Below, one piece after another: positions 1 through 12,600 of a stretch of 64,000 bases of DNA (positions within the stretch are counted from its first letter, which is position 1; the number at the start of each line of letters is the position of its first letter). The stretch lies in the NCBI GenBank assembly GCA_965113315.1, contig OZ220368.1; one strand, 5' to 3'. The notes beneath the pieces are model-generated. The model was given only the letters and a program-made list of their open reading frames with translations, made no database searches and was not told where the DNA came from. The position numbers and the translations under genes are program-made. Source of the stretch: Podarcis vaucheri (taxonomy: Eukaryota).

Positions 1-19
1 GGCAGTACAAACTCCTGTA

Positions 20-146
20 TGCCCCCAACCACTAAAGCACCTCCCCTTTGAAACTCCCTGCATGTTGGTATTAGGCAAGCACCTTCACTGTGTTTTCGGT
101 GTCTACTAAAATCTTTTTTGCTTAAGCAAGCCTATCCAGACATGTA
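20..146 (+). mobile_element. Degenerate 3' end of an L2-like LINE
   Basis: Degenerate translation resembles the L2 ORF2 C-terminal motif (..NSL..IRQAPSL..F...LK..L..QAY stop). Confidence 0.45.
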
Positions 147-344
147 AAATTTGACCTGTGTTTTAATATGTGGTTTTATTTTACAATGTATATATTTCAA
201 AACAGGTGATTTTATCTTTTAGAAAAATAGGCTAACCTGTTTTTTAATTGTCAACCTTTAACGCCTATTTTAATTAAACCACTTAAGAGTTTTTTGAATT
301 CGGTCAAGTAAGATAATGGAATTGTAGAAATGTAGTGTGGGAAC

Positions 345-1203
345 TGTCTCCTGAGAAATCTGTATGTGGGACAAGAAGCTAAAGTTAGAACTGGATATGG
401 AACAACTGATTGGTTCAAAATTGAGAAAGGAGTACGGCAAGGCTGTATATTGTCTCCCTGCTTATTTAACTTATATGCAGAATTCATCATGCGAAAGCAG
501 GGGCGCCGACTTATAAAAAATATGGGGGGGGGGCATACCGGGGTCCTGCCCCGGGAAGTTTTCTAAATTTTAGATGAAAGTTAGTGAGTTTTAAAGTATT
601 TCGGCGGAGCCGGAGCGATTGGGGAGGAGGGGGCTTGTTGCCGGATTCTTCAGCTGGGCCGGAGATCCGCTGCTGGGGGGTCCCTGGGCCGAGTTGTGAG
701 CACGGCCTGCTGAAGGGAGATCCAGCCGATTGCGCGACGGGGACGGCCGGGGCTCTCCGGCTAGGGCGCGTGGCTGGCTGGCTGGCTGGCTGGCTGGCGA
801 AGGAGCAGGTGGGGAGGAGGCGGGGGACGGCGGCGGCGCTCTGCTGGAGGGGCACCCTAGATTATTGGGGGGCGGAGCCCCCAAAACGAATTTTTGAGGG
901 GGCTCGGGCCCCCTTAGGCCCCATGGAGTCGGCGCCTATGTGCGAAAGGCTGGGCTGGATGAATCCCTAGCCGGAAATGGAGGCAGTGAGAGATTTTACT
1001 TTCTTGGGCTCCATGATCACTGCAGATGGGGACAGCAGCCACGAAATTAAAAGACGCCTGCTCCTTGGGAGAAAGGCGATGACAAACCTAGACAGCATCT
1101 TAAAAAGCAGAGACATCACCTTGCCAACAAAGGACCGTATAGTAAAAGCTATGGTTTTCCCAGTAGTGATGTATGGAGTGAATGATGGACCATAAAGAAG
1201 GCT
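345..1203 (+). mobile_element. BovB/RTE LINE reverse-transcriptase fragment, interrupted by a hAT insertion and internally deleted
   Basis: Translations LLRNLYVGQEAKVRTGYGTTDWFKIEKGVRQGCILSPCLFNLYAEFIMRK and MEAVRDFTFLGSMITADGDSSHEIKRRLLLGRKAMTNLDSILKSRDITLPTK...MVFPVVMYG are typical RTE-BovB RT. The YADD segment is missing at ~976. Confidence 0.92.
498..940. mobile_element. Non-autonomous hAT element with GC-rich interior, inserted in BovB
   Basis: TIRs CAGGGGCGCCGACT / AGTCGGCGCCTATG; perfect 8-bp TSD TGCGAAAG at 490-497 and 941-948. Confidence 0.9.
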
Positions 1204-1857
1204 AATAATAAATATAATTAGGACAGGGGTGGGGAACCAGCAGCTTTTCAGCTCCTACTCCCCATCAGTCCCAGCCAGCATGGCTGATAGTCAGAGTTGA
1301 AAGCAGTTGCTGACCTGGGGGGGGGGCACCTGTCCCCACCCCACTTTAGGACAAAGCTGACAGAATGTGATCCCAGCACATGTATGTGAAGAGACTCACT
1401 GAAGTCACCAAGACGCAGAGATGAGATAAATGTGTACTTCCTGCTCGCGAAACTGGTCTCAAGAAAATTACCACTCCTTACGAAACGGTATTGACTTGGG
1501 AAAGTAGCAGTAAAACTGTGTCTTTAGACAGGATTTACCAGCTGGTTCCAGATTTGATCTGGATATCATTCAAACAGTTAAAATAATGTGTCAATTGCCA
1601 GCAGTGTGATCCATCCACAGGAAGCCAGCAACTATTTTGTGGGTCTTAACCTGCCATATATGAGTTTCACTAGCTGAAAACCCTCTTTATTTTGAAGGTT
1701 TCACTACCCCGACCTGAAATGCCCAAGAGAGTATCCTGTATCTTTTTTTCCGAAGAGGGAGAGAAAGGCTTCCTGCTAGCGAATCTAATGTTTCACACCT
1801 AGTCTGCCAAATCCATGCATAATGTGATACTGTCAACAGTGGAGCTTGGGCTCTTAA

Positions 1858-1946
1858 GGCTGCAATCCTAGGCACATTTATCTGTGTTCCAGCCCCATTG
1901 TGCTCTGTGGGGCTTACCTCCAAGTAAACACGCAGAGGATTGTGGC
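1858..1946. repeat. ~90-bp palindromic MITE-like repeat (Harbinger-like); at least 9 related copies in the window
   Basis: GGCTGCAATCC...AGCCCCATTG..GGGGCTTAC...GGATTG hairpin. Related copies near 2881, 27347, 30021, 31450, 36358, 55360, 56993 and 63180, often next to TAA/TTA. Confidence 0.65.
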
Positions 1947-3541
1947 ACAATTCTCTGGTGGAATTTGTTATCTCTACTGACAAGCATCTTTTCTGAAAGC
2001 AAGGAAACGTGAACACCCTTAAGGGAACTCATGCTTCAGCAAGAGCCTAAATGAATCCAGTGTTCGGCTGAATGGTGCTTACATCCGAGGGAAAAATGTT
2101 TCCCAGTCAGCCCTTTGAAGTGCCTCTATTAAGTGATTTTATACTAATAGGATTTTCCCATGAAAGAAAGACAAGAATGACAAAGCACTGAATGCTTGAT
2201 TAACTCTGCCCCTCTAACTAATTTGGATCATGTTAATTGACTCCCTCCCTGCTTGGCCATATTCAGCCATTGTCTGCTCCATTTATGAAGGCAGCTTGAT
2301 GAGACCCAAAATGCACCAGTGTGTAAACAGAGTTCTGCCAAACACAGGGTGGATGAGACATTCTCCAAAGCAAGTTTTCTTGGCTCCTGGTGACATTGCT
2401 GGACCCAGGCAGTCTGCTTTATGCATCCGCTGAATTGCTCATTTCATTCTTACCTCCCCCCCTTCTCCCCATTCATTTTCACCCAAACTTGTTTCTGGGC
2501 TCATTCACAGTCATTAACGTAATTGCTCCGGGAACTTTTTCTTCTTCTTCTCCCTGTTTGTGGCTGGCGGAGATTTTTGGCTCGCAGAAAAGAAATGTCA
2601 TTGTTCCTGCATTCAAAAGACAGCAGGGACTACCTGGGCTTTTCTTTCAACATTTTTTTTTTCTTTTCTGCTGACTCACTCCAATTGCTGAAGTTTAATT
2701 ACAGCTAAGCATATTGGCTGCACCTGTCCCATTCACAGCTGAATGCTGGGCGCCAGAGGCTGCGGCCACGTGGCTGGGGGTTCCCTTTTGCCCTCCGCAT
2801 CACCAGCTTGTGAAAACTGAGGGGCTTACGCACCAATAGGTGACCACAAAATTGCAGCCACAGTTGCTGAATGACTCCTAGGCTGCAATCCTATCCTCAC
2901 CTGGGAGTAAGTCCCCTTGCACTCAGTAGTGCTTACTTCTGATTAGACATGTATGGGCTTGTAGATTGCTGCTTGTTTCAGCTGCCACGTCAAGCCAGAA
3001 AATCCCATGAGAACTGCCATAAATCACACAACGAACACTTTTATGGTGCACAAATTACTGTTTTAATATTGTGTATGTAAAAAAAAATGTAGAAACAGGT
3101 CCCTGAAAAATTAAAATGAAAGGCAACCTGTCTCATGAAGAATCTGAGAACAAAAAGCACCAAAACCAGCAATTTTAAAATTAATGTAATTGTAATAATA
3201 ACAAACTATTATTTATAGTTTGTCATATATTCACCAATTCCAGAAGATGTTGCTTCCCAATCAGGGTTACAGTCTTTCAACCATTGCAAATGGAGTTGGA
3301 CTTTCAGGTTTTCACTTTCACTTAGCCTTAGCCAAGGGGCAGTTTTATATTTGCACATCAGGCTAGATTCAAGTAATGAATCCTGCTAGAAGAAGCCTGT
3401 GGAGGACTTCCAGTAGTGCAATGAATCCCGCTTCCCCTGTCCCCGCCCCCGTCCCCTAGATCAGCATTTGGAAGTAGAAGAGGGGGAATTGTTCCTTCTG
3501 GGAAGTTTAAAAGCTCACACTGACAAAACTACTACCATAGC

Positions 3542-3833
3542 AAAGGTAAGGTAAAAGGTAATGGACCCCTGGATGATTAAGTCCAGTCAGAGGTGACCAT
3601 GGCGTGTGGTACGGTGCTCATCTTGCTTCAGGCCAAGGGAGTCGCCCTTTATCTTCCCACCACAGTGGTACCTATTTATTTACTTGCACTGGTGTGCTTT
3701 CAAACTGCTAGGTTGGCAGAAGCTGGGACAGAGCAACGGGAGCTCATCCCATCACATGGATTCGAACCGCCAACCTTCCAATCAGCAAGCTCAAGATGCT
3801 CAGTGGTTTAGACCACGGTGCTACCCACGTCCC
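3542..3833 (-). mobile_element. Sauria SINE
   Basis: Reverse complement has a tRNA-like head and the (ACCTTT)n tail (AAAGGTAAGGTAAAAGGT on +); homologous to the copy at 9322. Confidence 0.85.
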
Positions 3834-4514
3834 TACCATAGCACTATGTTGACAGGGTCTCTATGCCTTAATACAGGGATGGCCCTCCAGATGTTGGGTT
3901 CCCAACTCCTATAAATCCTAACCAACATGGCCAATAGTTAGGGATGCTGGGAGTTGTAGGAGGGCTATGCTCAGTCATACAGATATTAAAAGGCGCAGAG
4001 AAAAAGCTGACCATCCTTGAAGCCCAATTTAAATAAGTGTGTGTGTCCAGCTGGCCAAGTGCATAAGAAAAGTGTGATCCAATGGGCTATGGTACCTTCA
4101 GTGGGTGAATAGTTCTACCAGAAAACTGTTGAAGAAGTTTGTTGTAAGATTGTTGAAAGGGCCCTGTCTGATTGAATTCACCATACTGGATAATTTCTGG
4201 CCAGTCACCAATTTATCTTGGGGGCAAGCATGCAATGGTGTCTCCCTGCCAAAGGCTTGTGGAGGATGAATATAAATTTCAATCTGATTTCTGGCCTGAC
4301 TTTGGTACTGAAATGGATTTGGTGGTTCCCAACTCTTTTTTTGCCCTCGAACCACTTGAATATTGCTTGACAGGCTACTTAATGATTATAATGTTGTAGC
4401 AATTATAATGTGCTATGCTAGATGCTGTATGATTTTTTAATTTTAATTTTACCAACACTGCGTTGACCACCTGAATGAAGCTCACAGGCCACAGTTCGGT
4501 TACTGCTCTAGACA

Positions 4515-5225
4515 ATCTACACTAGGAGCTAGACCCAGGGAGTCTTGTCTCTGGTGGTCTGCTGGACCTGTCAACAGCTTTCAGTACTATCCACCACAAT
4601 ATGGTTCTCATGGACCTGCCTGGGATAGACTCCGCTTGCTAGCAGTTCCAGTCCTTAATGGAAACACACAGTTCTGAAAGATGGTGCTGAGGACGACTGC
4701 TCATCTTGTCTCCCATGCTGTTTAACATCTATATGAAACGTATCAAGATCTGAAGATTTGGAGTTCACTGCCATCAGTATGCAGCTGTTGCTCAGCTCTC
4801 GTTTCTTCTTTCCATCTTAATCAAGGAAAGCCATGGAGATTCTGAATCACTGCCTGGAATCAGCAATGTTGAGCAAAGGTTAACAAAGCAAACGGGGGTT
4901 AACAAACTGAAGATTAATCCAGACAAGTCAGAAGTGTTCCTGTTGATAAAATAACCAATCTTGGATGAAGGAGCACTCTCCTTAAAGTTCGCAGATTCAG
5001 CGTGCTCCTAGATGCTTTGGTGGCAGATGTATCCTTGATCAATTTTGCCTAGCTGAATCTGGTGCTCCAGCTACATGGGGCTACCATTGCAAAATGTTCA
5101 GAAACTTGTACATAACATTGCTGTGAGACTTCTGACTGGAGCCAGTTATCAGGAGCATGCCGTGCCTTTATTTTTACCTTCATTGTAGTTTGATTCCAGG
5201 TCCAGTTCTAAACACTGATCATCTA
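4515..5225 (+). mobile_element. Old degenerate L2-like LINE RT fragment
   Basis: Remnants of LVLLDLSxAFxTIxH, SPMLFNIY, HQYA and LKINPDKSEV motifs, with many frameshifts. Confidence 0.65.
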
Positions 5226-5989
5226 CAGCAGTGTTTTCCAACCGGAGGCCATATTGCCCTCTGCCCCCCCCCCAGATATTTCAAGGGGGGCCGCAGGTGA
5301 AAATCACATAAATGGGGGGGGGGGCACAGCACAAGGCTAGGAGACCACAGAAGGAAGTGGGAAGTGATGGGGGGAATATTTTTTTAAAAATAAAAATTCC
5401 TGATTGATTGGCTATCCACTTGGCCAATCACAAGCGGGTAAGGGGGTGGCCCTGGCACTCCTTTTTGCCATGTGTGTTTTCCTGGAGCAGTCCTGGTTTC
5501 TTTCTGATGGGAGAGGGCAATTGCTGAGGCTCCCGTTTTGACCAGTAGAGCCAGCAATCCAGAACCCCCAGGTCAGGTAAGTGCGGTGGTGGGGTGGTAA
5601 TGGGTAGGACTGGGAGAGCCACTGCTGCTTGTTGCTGCTGCCAGTGCTGGGCCCAGTGGCAGCCTGGGCCTGACTCTGCAAGGTGCAGGGTGCAATCTAC
5701 CCAGCGCCTAGCAGAGAGGGTTGTCTGTTGCTGCTGACTTGCGTCTAGTAAATAACTAAGAAAGCTGCACTAAGTTCAGTGGTTCTCACTCCCAGGGCTC
5801 CTCCAGATGGCAAGATCTTTTTGCACCAGTTCAGTGAAGACCACTTGCTTTTTAAAATTCTCCCATATATACGGAACTCCCTGTGTACCTTTTGGACTGT
5901 ATCCATAGGTTTCCCCCTCTGTGTCAAATAACTGGGGTCAAATAAGTGTTCTTTCTTTTTTTATAATACATTGAAGATTGATCTCCCTT

Positions 5990-6113
5990 GGGAGATTCTG
6001 GACTCTCCTTCCTTGGAGGTTTCTGAGCAGAGGTTGGATATTTCATGGATATTTTAGCTGAGTTTCCTACATTGCTGACCCTTGGGGTCCCTTCCAGCTC
6101 CATGAATCTATGT
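5990..6113 (+). mobile_element. CR1 LINE 3' tail
   Basis: GACTCTCCTTCCTTGGAGGTTT..GCAGAGGTTGGAT...TGACCCTTGGGGTCCCTTCCA..TC..TGA.TCTATG, the typical squamate CR1 terminus. Confidence 0.75.
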
Positions 6114-6768
6114 TTTTATGCTTATTTCATTATGTTCCTGTCATTTTATGTAATTGTATAAATAATAAATATAAATAAAGCATGCTCTATTTACAAACAA
6201 AATATTTACCTAAATAGCTACCTTTCTACCGGTAGGAAGGGGGGTGGGTGGGCGTAGCCAGGATTTTTGTGGGGGGGGGGCAGAACTTCAGATTTGTATT
6301 GATGTTTTCTTATGGGGGGATCTGCCCCCCTTGCCTACGTCAATTGGGGGGCACAGGGTTGGAAGGGGGCCACGGTCAGAAAAAGTTTGGGAAACACAGA
6401 TATACAGAGACCTGCACAGCTTATGATCAGGATATGTGCCGGGCTGCCCCCTGCCATACAAACGTGTTCAACTAACTGAGCTCCATGTTTTGCTGATAGC
6501 AATGGGCTCAGCCAAAGAGGACAGAAGAGAGAGGGACATCTATTTGTTGCACAGTCATGTGCATAGTAAGTTGCCAACCTTGCCATCCCTCTGCTTGGCT
6601 TCCAAAGTCAGAGAAAAGGAACAGATTAAGGTATGGTTACCAGATTTTTTTCAATGAATCCGGGGGGCACTTTTTTCCTTTTTGAAGCTGAGTAGCAACA
6701 GGGAGTCAGTAGTGGGGATGGTGAGTCAAAAGACCCTGGGCCCAAGCACACACGCATATTGTATAAAG

Positions 6769-8232
6769 CAGTGTTTCCCAACCAGTGTTCCGCGGCACAC
6801 TAGTGTGCCGCGAGATGTTGCCTGGTGTGCCGCGAGATGTTGCTTGGAGGGAGGCGGGCGAGTCCAAAAAAGGTTGGGAAACACTGCTCTAACACACGCC
6901 AGCCGGGGTCTGCCTCCGCGTTGCATCAGCTTCCTCGCTCTCGGCGCTCTGCTTGCCAGCCTGGTGGCCTCTGCCCTGCCCCGAGACTGGAAGGGAGGGG
7001 CGGGGCTTCCACTGCGGCTGCGTCTCTGGCTCTTTCGACTCATTCCTCCTCCGAGTGGGCTTGAAAGAGCGGCCGATGGATGAATCGGCCGGCGACCCTG
7101 AAGCCTTGTGCAAAGTAGAGGAGGCGGAGAAGCGACGGCAGGGAGCTTAGGCGCCGCATCCGGCTCATTGCGGGAAGTCAAGATGGCGGCGGGTAAGTGT
7201 GGGAAGCAGCTTTTTTCCTCCGCCGCCCCCCTCTCACCGGGAATAAAGGGGGCCCCGCTGGGGGGTGACGTTGTAGAACGCAGAGTTCCTATTTTGGGAA
7301 GGTTTGAGGGGTCGGACTAAGCGGGTTGGGGGCTGGTCTGGGCTTCCGCTCCCTCCCCTCCCCACGGAGTGTACCTGCGGTGCAAGGAGGCGCTCTGAGC
7401 CACTGCTCTGGGAAAGGAAGGAGGGCGAGGCGGCCTGGCCAAGTGCAGGGGAGACCCGTAGTGGGGAGCAGGGGGAGGAGGAGGCACCAAGGAATGGAGG
7501 CGGGGGAGACTCCCTCGCTTTGCAGAAACTGCAAAAAACGAGGCAGGAATTGGGTTTGTTTTTGTAGCTCAGGACGTGCTTCGCTTCTGGTGTGCCTAAG
7601 GCGGCCGCCCCAATTCTCCCCTAGCCCGTCTTTCCAGGTGCTGCCCCCCCTCCGCAAAGGGCCATAGAACTGTAGAGTTGGCAGGGGTCCCAAGGGTCAT
7701 CTAGTCTTAAGTTTCTCTTTCAAAAAGGAAACGTGGGTTAAAGCGGCGGCGACGCCCCCCACTCACTTTCCTGCTCTGGCTTCCCTAACAGTTTTCCAAG
7801 TTGCGTCACTGGATCCAGCCCCCTTTTCCACAGGTGACACGGGGCTGGAGGGAGGGAAAGAGGGCTTTACGTCGCGCACAAAGGCAGCCTCCTAGAAGCG
7901 CTCTGGGCCAGCGCCGTTTCGCCGAAGGCGCCGGAGGACCCCCACCCTCAGCTCCTTCAGAAAGGACTGGAGCGGAATAGCCCTTTCTCTTCTTCCCCAA
8001 CCCTTGTCGTTGGAGGAGTCCCTCAGTCCCTCGCTTTGCTGCCTCCTCCCCCCCCCCAAAGCTTGGAGGTTCCCCGGCAAGGGGGAGGGGAAAAAATTGA
8101 AACTTACACTTTCGTGCGTCCCTCCCGGCGTGACGCTGCGCGCTGACGTCACGGGGCTGTAATGGTGGTGTGCCTCAAGATTTTTTTCATCAAACAAGTG
8201 TGCCTTTGCCCAAAAAAGGTTGGGAAACACTG
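6769..8232. mobile_element. Nested 1464-bp non-autonomous hAT element carrying CpG-island cargo (Pack-type)
   Basis: TIRs CAGTGTTTCCCAACC / GGTTGGGAAACACTG; perfect 8-bp TSD GTATAAAG at 6761-6768 and 8233-8240; an additional internal right TIR ends at 6886. Confidence 0.85.
6990..7198 (+). promoter_or_regulatory. Captured housekeeping-type promoter/first exon inside transposon cargo
   Basis: CpG-rich, with a GC box (GGGCGGGG ~6998), ETS-like GGAAGT and YY1 motif AAGATGGCGGC with ATG at 7183, followed by the consensus donor G|GTAAGT at 7192/7193. Confidence 0.6.
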
Positions 8233-9321
8233 GTATAAAGGTGCAAAGCACTTCTTTCGTACCCTGTGACAGCCACCTGCCCATGACTCCCGAGCCTCCC
8301 CTAATCTGTCAAAACAAAGGGGAAAGGAGATCTGTACTGCCAGACACCCCTGGTGGCGGCGGCAGAGAGCAACTCCAGAAGCCAGCCAGAGCCAACTGCA
8401 CTACCAGGCTGGCTCTGGGCTGCTGAGGAGACGGAATTTGTCTGGGGACAGATTTGCAAATCTGGGGACTGTCCCAGGGAACCAGGGACATCTGGTAATC
8501 CTAGATTAAGGCCTTCCAATTTAAAGTTCCAAAAGGATAGACACTAAAATTAGGATAGAAAAATCTCATTCTGCAGTTTGTAGGTCTTAAGTTGGGAGTG
8601 CAGGAAGGGTTTTGCAGACTTAATTAAATTGCCCTGGGTACAAAACGTGTTCCTGCAAGGACTAATCTTCCCCATTCTCTCCATTTTCCATCCAAGCTGG
8701 AGAACTTGAAAGCCTGCTCAGTGAGGAAAATGACTTAAGGAAAAAGCCACGTCTCTTTCTTTAAAGAAAAAATCCCTGGACCACTGGCCTAGTTTAACCA
8801 ATCCAGAACAGCTGTTCTGTGATGTTTCAAGCACCTCTCAAATACACAGGACGGAATTTCCCCCTTTGATGGGTGTATCAAATGTAAATAAGAAATCTCT
8901 CCTAGTTCACATCTCTTATTTTTGTACCTTCTTGGGTTGTTGTAAAGTATTAATGGCTCAGCTTCCTTGGTGGGGAACCTGTCTCTCTCCAGATGTTGAC
9001 AGACTCCAGCTTCCACCAGTCCCAGTGAGCATGACGATGGGAGATACAGTTCAACATCTGGAGGGCCCAAGGTTCCCTGCCCATGTGGAACGCCATGCCC
9101 CACAGCGTTCAAAGATGGCCCATCATAACTACAATGGGTACATCAAATTAAAAGATACTCTTGCCTCTCCTCTGAGTATTTGGATAAAAATTGAGATGAT
9201 GTCATCCTTTCTGTCTATTCAGGTATCTGCTATTGAATATCAAAGGTGATCCTTCCCCTTTAAGAGTTTCTGTCTAGAGCCGGCTACTTAGGGAGCAATG
9301 TGTTTTGGTTTTTTAAATAAC

Positions 9322-9662
9322 ACGGGTGGCGCTGTGGGTTAACCCAGAGCCTTGCTGATCAGAAGGTCGGTGGTTTGAATCCCTGCGACGGGATGAGCTC
9401 CCATTGCTCTGTCCCAGCTCCTGCCCACCTAGCAGTTTGAAAGCACGTCAAAGTGCAAGTAGATAAATAGGTACCGCTCCGGCGGGAAAGTAAACGGCGT
9501 TTCCATGCGCTGCTCTGGTTTCACCAGAAGCGGCTTAGTCATGCTGGCCACATGACCCGGAAGCTGTACACCGATTCCCTCGGCCAGTAAAGTGAGATAA
9601 GTGCCACAACCCCAGAGTCGCCCGCGACTGGACCTAATGGTCAGGGGTCCCTTTACCTTTAC
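9322..9662 (+). mobile_element. Sauria SINE (near full length)
   Basis: ACGGGTGGCGCTGTGGGTTAA head, B-box-like GGTTTGAATCC, CCCTTTACCTTTA tail. Confidence 0.9.
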
Positions 9663-12600
9663 CCAAATTCTTCAGTTTGTTTTTTTTAAAACCTAATGTA
9701 TATTCCAAGGAATTATCCCATGTGTGCTATACCTCTTTGCAGTACATGCTTTAACTAAGTGCAGGAAAACAGGAAAACAGGCTGAATTTGCCCAGTGATA
9801 ATTGGGGATTTAACAGGTAATTGCACCATCTCTAAAGGAAAAATAACACCTAGTTATTGGGAATTCCTCTCTCACTTAAGAATGAAGAATTTAGAGGTGT
9901 TAAAATTAGCAGGCTGGAGTACTGCAGCTGACTATGCCTAGGGGATGCTGGACATTTTCTGTAAACGGACCAACATGACTACCTATCAGAGGTATATTTA
10001 TTTTATAAATATGTGTCTGCATTGGTTAGTTGCAGTTGTTCCTAGGAGACCAGGTTACATAGATGCGTTTAATCCCAGCTGTTGTTTGCTGATCACCACA
10101 AACACGAAGAAACTACCACAGATGTGTCTTACGTGACCAGAACAAGCCTGCAATTTTCCTTCTCTGTTACTCTAACTTCCAGGATCATGTTATGCCTAAG
10201 GCTGTGTCAACAGCCAAGCTTATATGTAAGAATGCAGCTGACTGTTTTAAATTGTCTTTAGTCTGAAGTTAATGGAAAAACTATGCTGTCTGCTTTCTAT
10301 GATGCACCCAGACTCCCCAGGTGGCAGAAAGGAAATTTCGTTTCTAAATTAGGAACTGTGGCACATTAATAGATCTGTAAGCGAGTGAACTGTAACTGCA
10401 TGGCTGTCCGAGACACGCAACATCCTTCAGCACCTATGAGGGATGCAATAGGGTACACTACTGTATTGATGCCTGGTTGAAGTGGACACTATTCCAGACA
10501 GCTGTTTCTGGGAGCCAATCATCATTATAAATCCCCACAGTAATTAAAAAAGCCATCTTCAGTGCCATTTTAATTTGCCACAAAGCCTTGCACCAATGCT
10601 ATGTGCTAGGTAGAACTGCCATTCAGGTTCATAATCTTGCATCCCACCCCCACCAAATATAAACAGGCATGTCAGCCTCCCTCCCATGATTTCATGCCAC
10701 GTTAAGGCTTTCAAGGAGCAGGTAGTATGAATAGAGCACACAGACTTGATGCCTTTTGAAGGTGTTTTAATTGTAGTGAATTAAACAAAAAATTACCACT
10801 ATCCATATCCCATATACCTATTTAAATGAAACAAGGTGCTCACCAAGATTTTGTCTTTTTAAGTCAGCGACTGCAGTTTTAATGCTGCTAGGAGCGCTCC
10901 TAGCTGCTTTGAAATAGGTGAAAATCAAGATATGCATTTCTTAAATAACTCAACAGGGAGCTGTGAAGATGTGGGTGGAGTATCACTTCCAATTTGGTCC
11001 AGGCACCTGCGATGCTCCTCAGACAGCTTCTCCCATCTCCAGTGACAGCCAGGTGCTCCAGTTCAGTATGCCAAGCACTAGGACTCTATTACTTTCTTTT
11101 GCAGTCACAAATATGACCATTACCTTGCTAGAATATGTGCAGGAAGTGTTTAAGCCCAACTGATTTTAGAGTAGCAACACCACCATAGAGTTATTTTGTC
11201 AAAATTATGAAGAACGTGTTAATATTTGAGGTTAGTGAAAACTAGCAGCTGTTAGCATTACAACTGGATGCCTCAAGGAACTACTCCTAACAATGGTCTT
11301 TTACAGTATCTAAGATGGTGGCAGCTACTATATTATATTGCATTAGAAGAAGAGTTTAGTCCCAACAGCAAAGCTGCAGTAACTAGGCAGCCATGCAATT
11401 TCATTTGCCTAGTGCCTCCAGCAGTGCCTGGGTAAGGAGATAAAAATTCTTAAAGGACATCACTAGATGGCCTTAAAAGAGGTTTCTCAACATATTTGAC
11501 TCACCTCTGATATAGATGAATCATTTTTTCTTGTCACAAGGGGCTTAATCTTGGGAGATTTCTGGTCTGTGACCATAATAAATCCATTCATTCAATCTTG
11601 GGAGTATTCCTTCTCTATTCAGCACTAAAACACAGCTAGTTAAAAAAAAAAAAAAGAAGTATCCTGCTAACAACTGTCCACTGCAGACTGAATTCAGCAT
11701 GGAATCCTCCTGTTTGTAACAGGAGACTGTTTTTCACGCTGTCGGTAAAATCCACTGTGCCACTCCACCCCTACATATGAGCTGACTGGGTTCCACAAAT
11801 TAACACTTTGGCTTGCTAGCCAAATCTCAATTTTTCCTTGATTCCTACAAAGTATCTATTCTAGAGGAAAAGGAGTTGTTATCTTGTTTCACTAGTGCTG
11901 GAGACATGGATAAGCCAGAAGAAATGCCTGTTTTTTCATATTCAAACTACAAGCACATGCAAGCAACTCCTAAATTTCTTGGGATTCTTCTTGGCAGAAG
12001 GCAAGGGACACTTACATAGGTTTCCCATATCCAATGCCAAGTGTATCCCACACAACTATAAACAAGCTTATACTGTATCTTTATATTACCAAAATATTAA
12101 CACTGAAAGCAAATACACTAAGTCATGCTTTTATTTAAGAGATTTTAATATAGCAGGTAGTTCACATGTGCTTATAATGTGTCTTTCCTGGCAATCTGAT
12201 TAGAGTATGGTATTCAAAGTGTGTACACACATACCCAACAGAAGCTGATCTAATTAAATATCTTAGTGTTATGGTACTGATTTATTGATACTAGAAGACC
12301 ACAAAGAATTGACTAGTTTCAATTAGCATGTAGCATATAAAAGAATGTAACCCCACTGCAGTTTATCGTAGAAGCCAGAGGAAGCAGAATTGTTCCATGC
12401 AAGGTCCAGGAACTTCTTAGGTACTAGTCTTGGAAACTCAAAAGCCTTTTTCTCAAGGCCCATCTATCTGCCCTCTGGGATTTCTTATCTTCAAAGATTT
12501 GCAACCCACTAGTATTTCCTTCCAAGTCAGCTTTCCAGCCCTGATTCTTCCTTCCCCCAGGATGACATTTTAATCCCATTCTCACAAAAACTGATATTGT

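Larger units (their letters stand above)
6632..8503. mobile_element. Outer hAT (Blackjack-like TIR) MITE, ~400 bp once the nested insertion is removed
   Basis: TIRs TATGGTTACCAGAT (6632) / ATCTGGTAATCCTA (8503); perfect 8-bp TSD GATTAAGG at 6624-6631 and 8504-8511. Confidence 0.85.

Noticed and set aside
2941-2965. p53 response element (AGACATGTAT GGGCTTGTAG) upstream of the expected CDKN1A
   Set aside because: Several consensus mismatches, and it is simply part of the palindromic MITE family.
6682-8284. Many overlapping GC-rich ORFs, or a native gene at this CpG island (e.g. CDKN1A promoter)
   Set aside because: Low-complexity ORFs with no recognisable domain, and the region is bounded by TIRs and TSDs. 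No p21-like coding sequence is seen in the window; CDKN1A is expected beyond the left edge.
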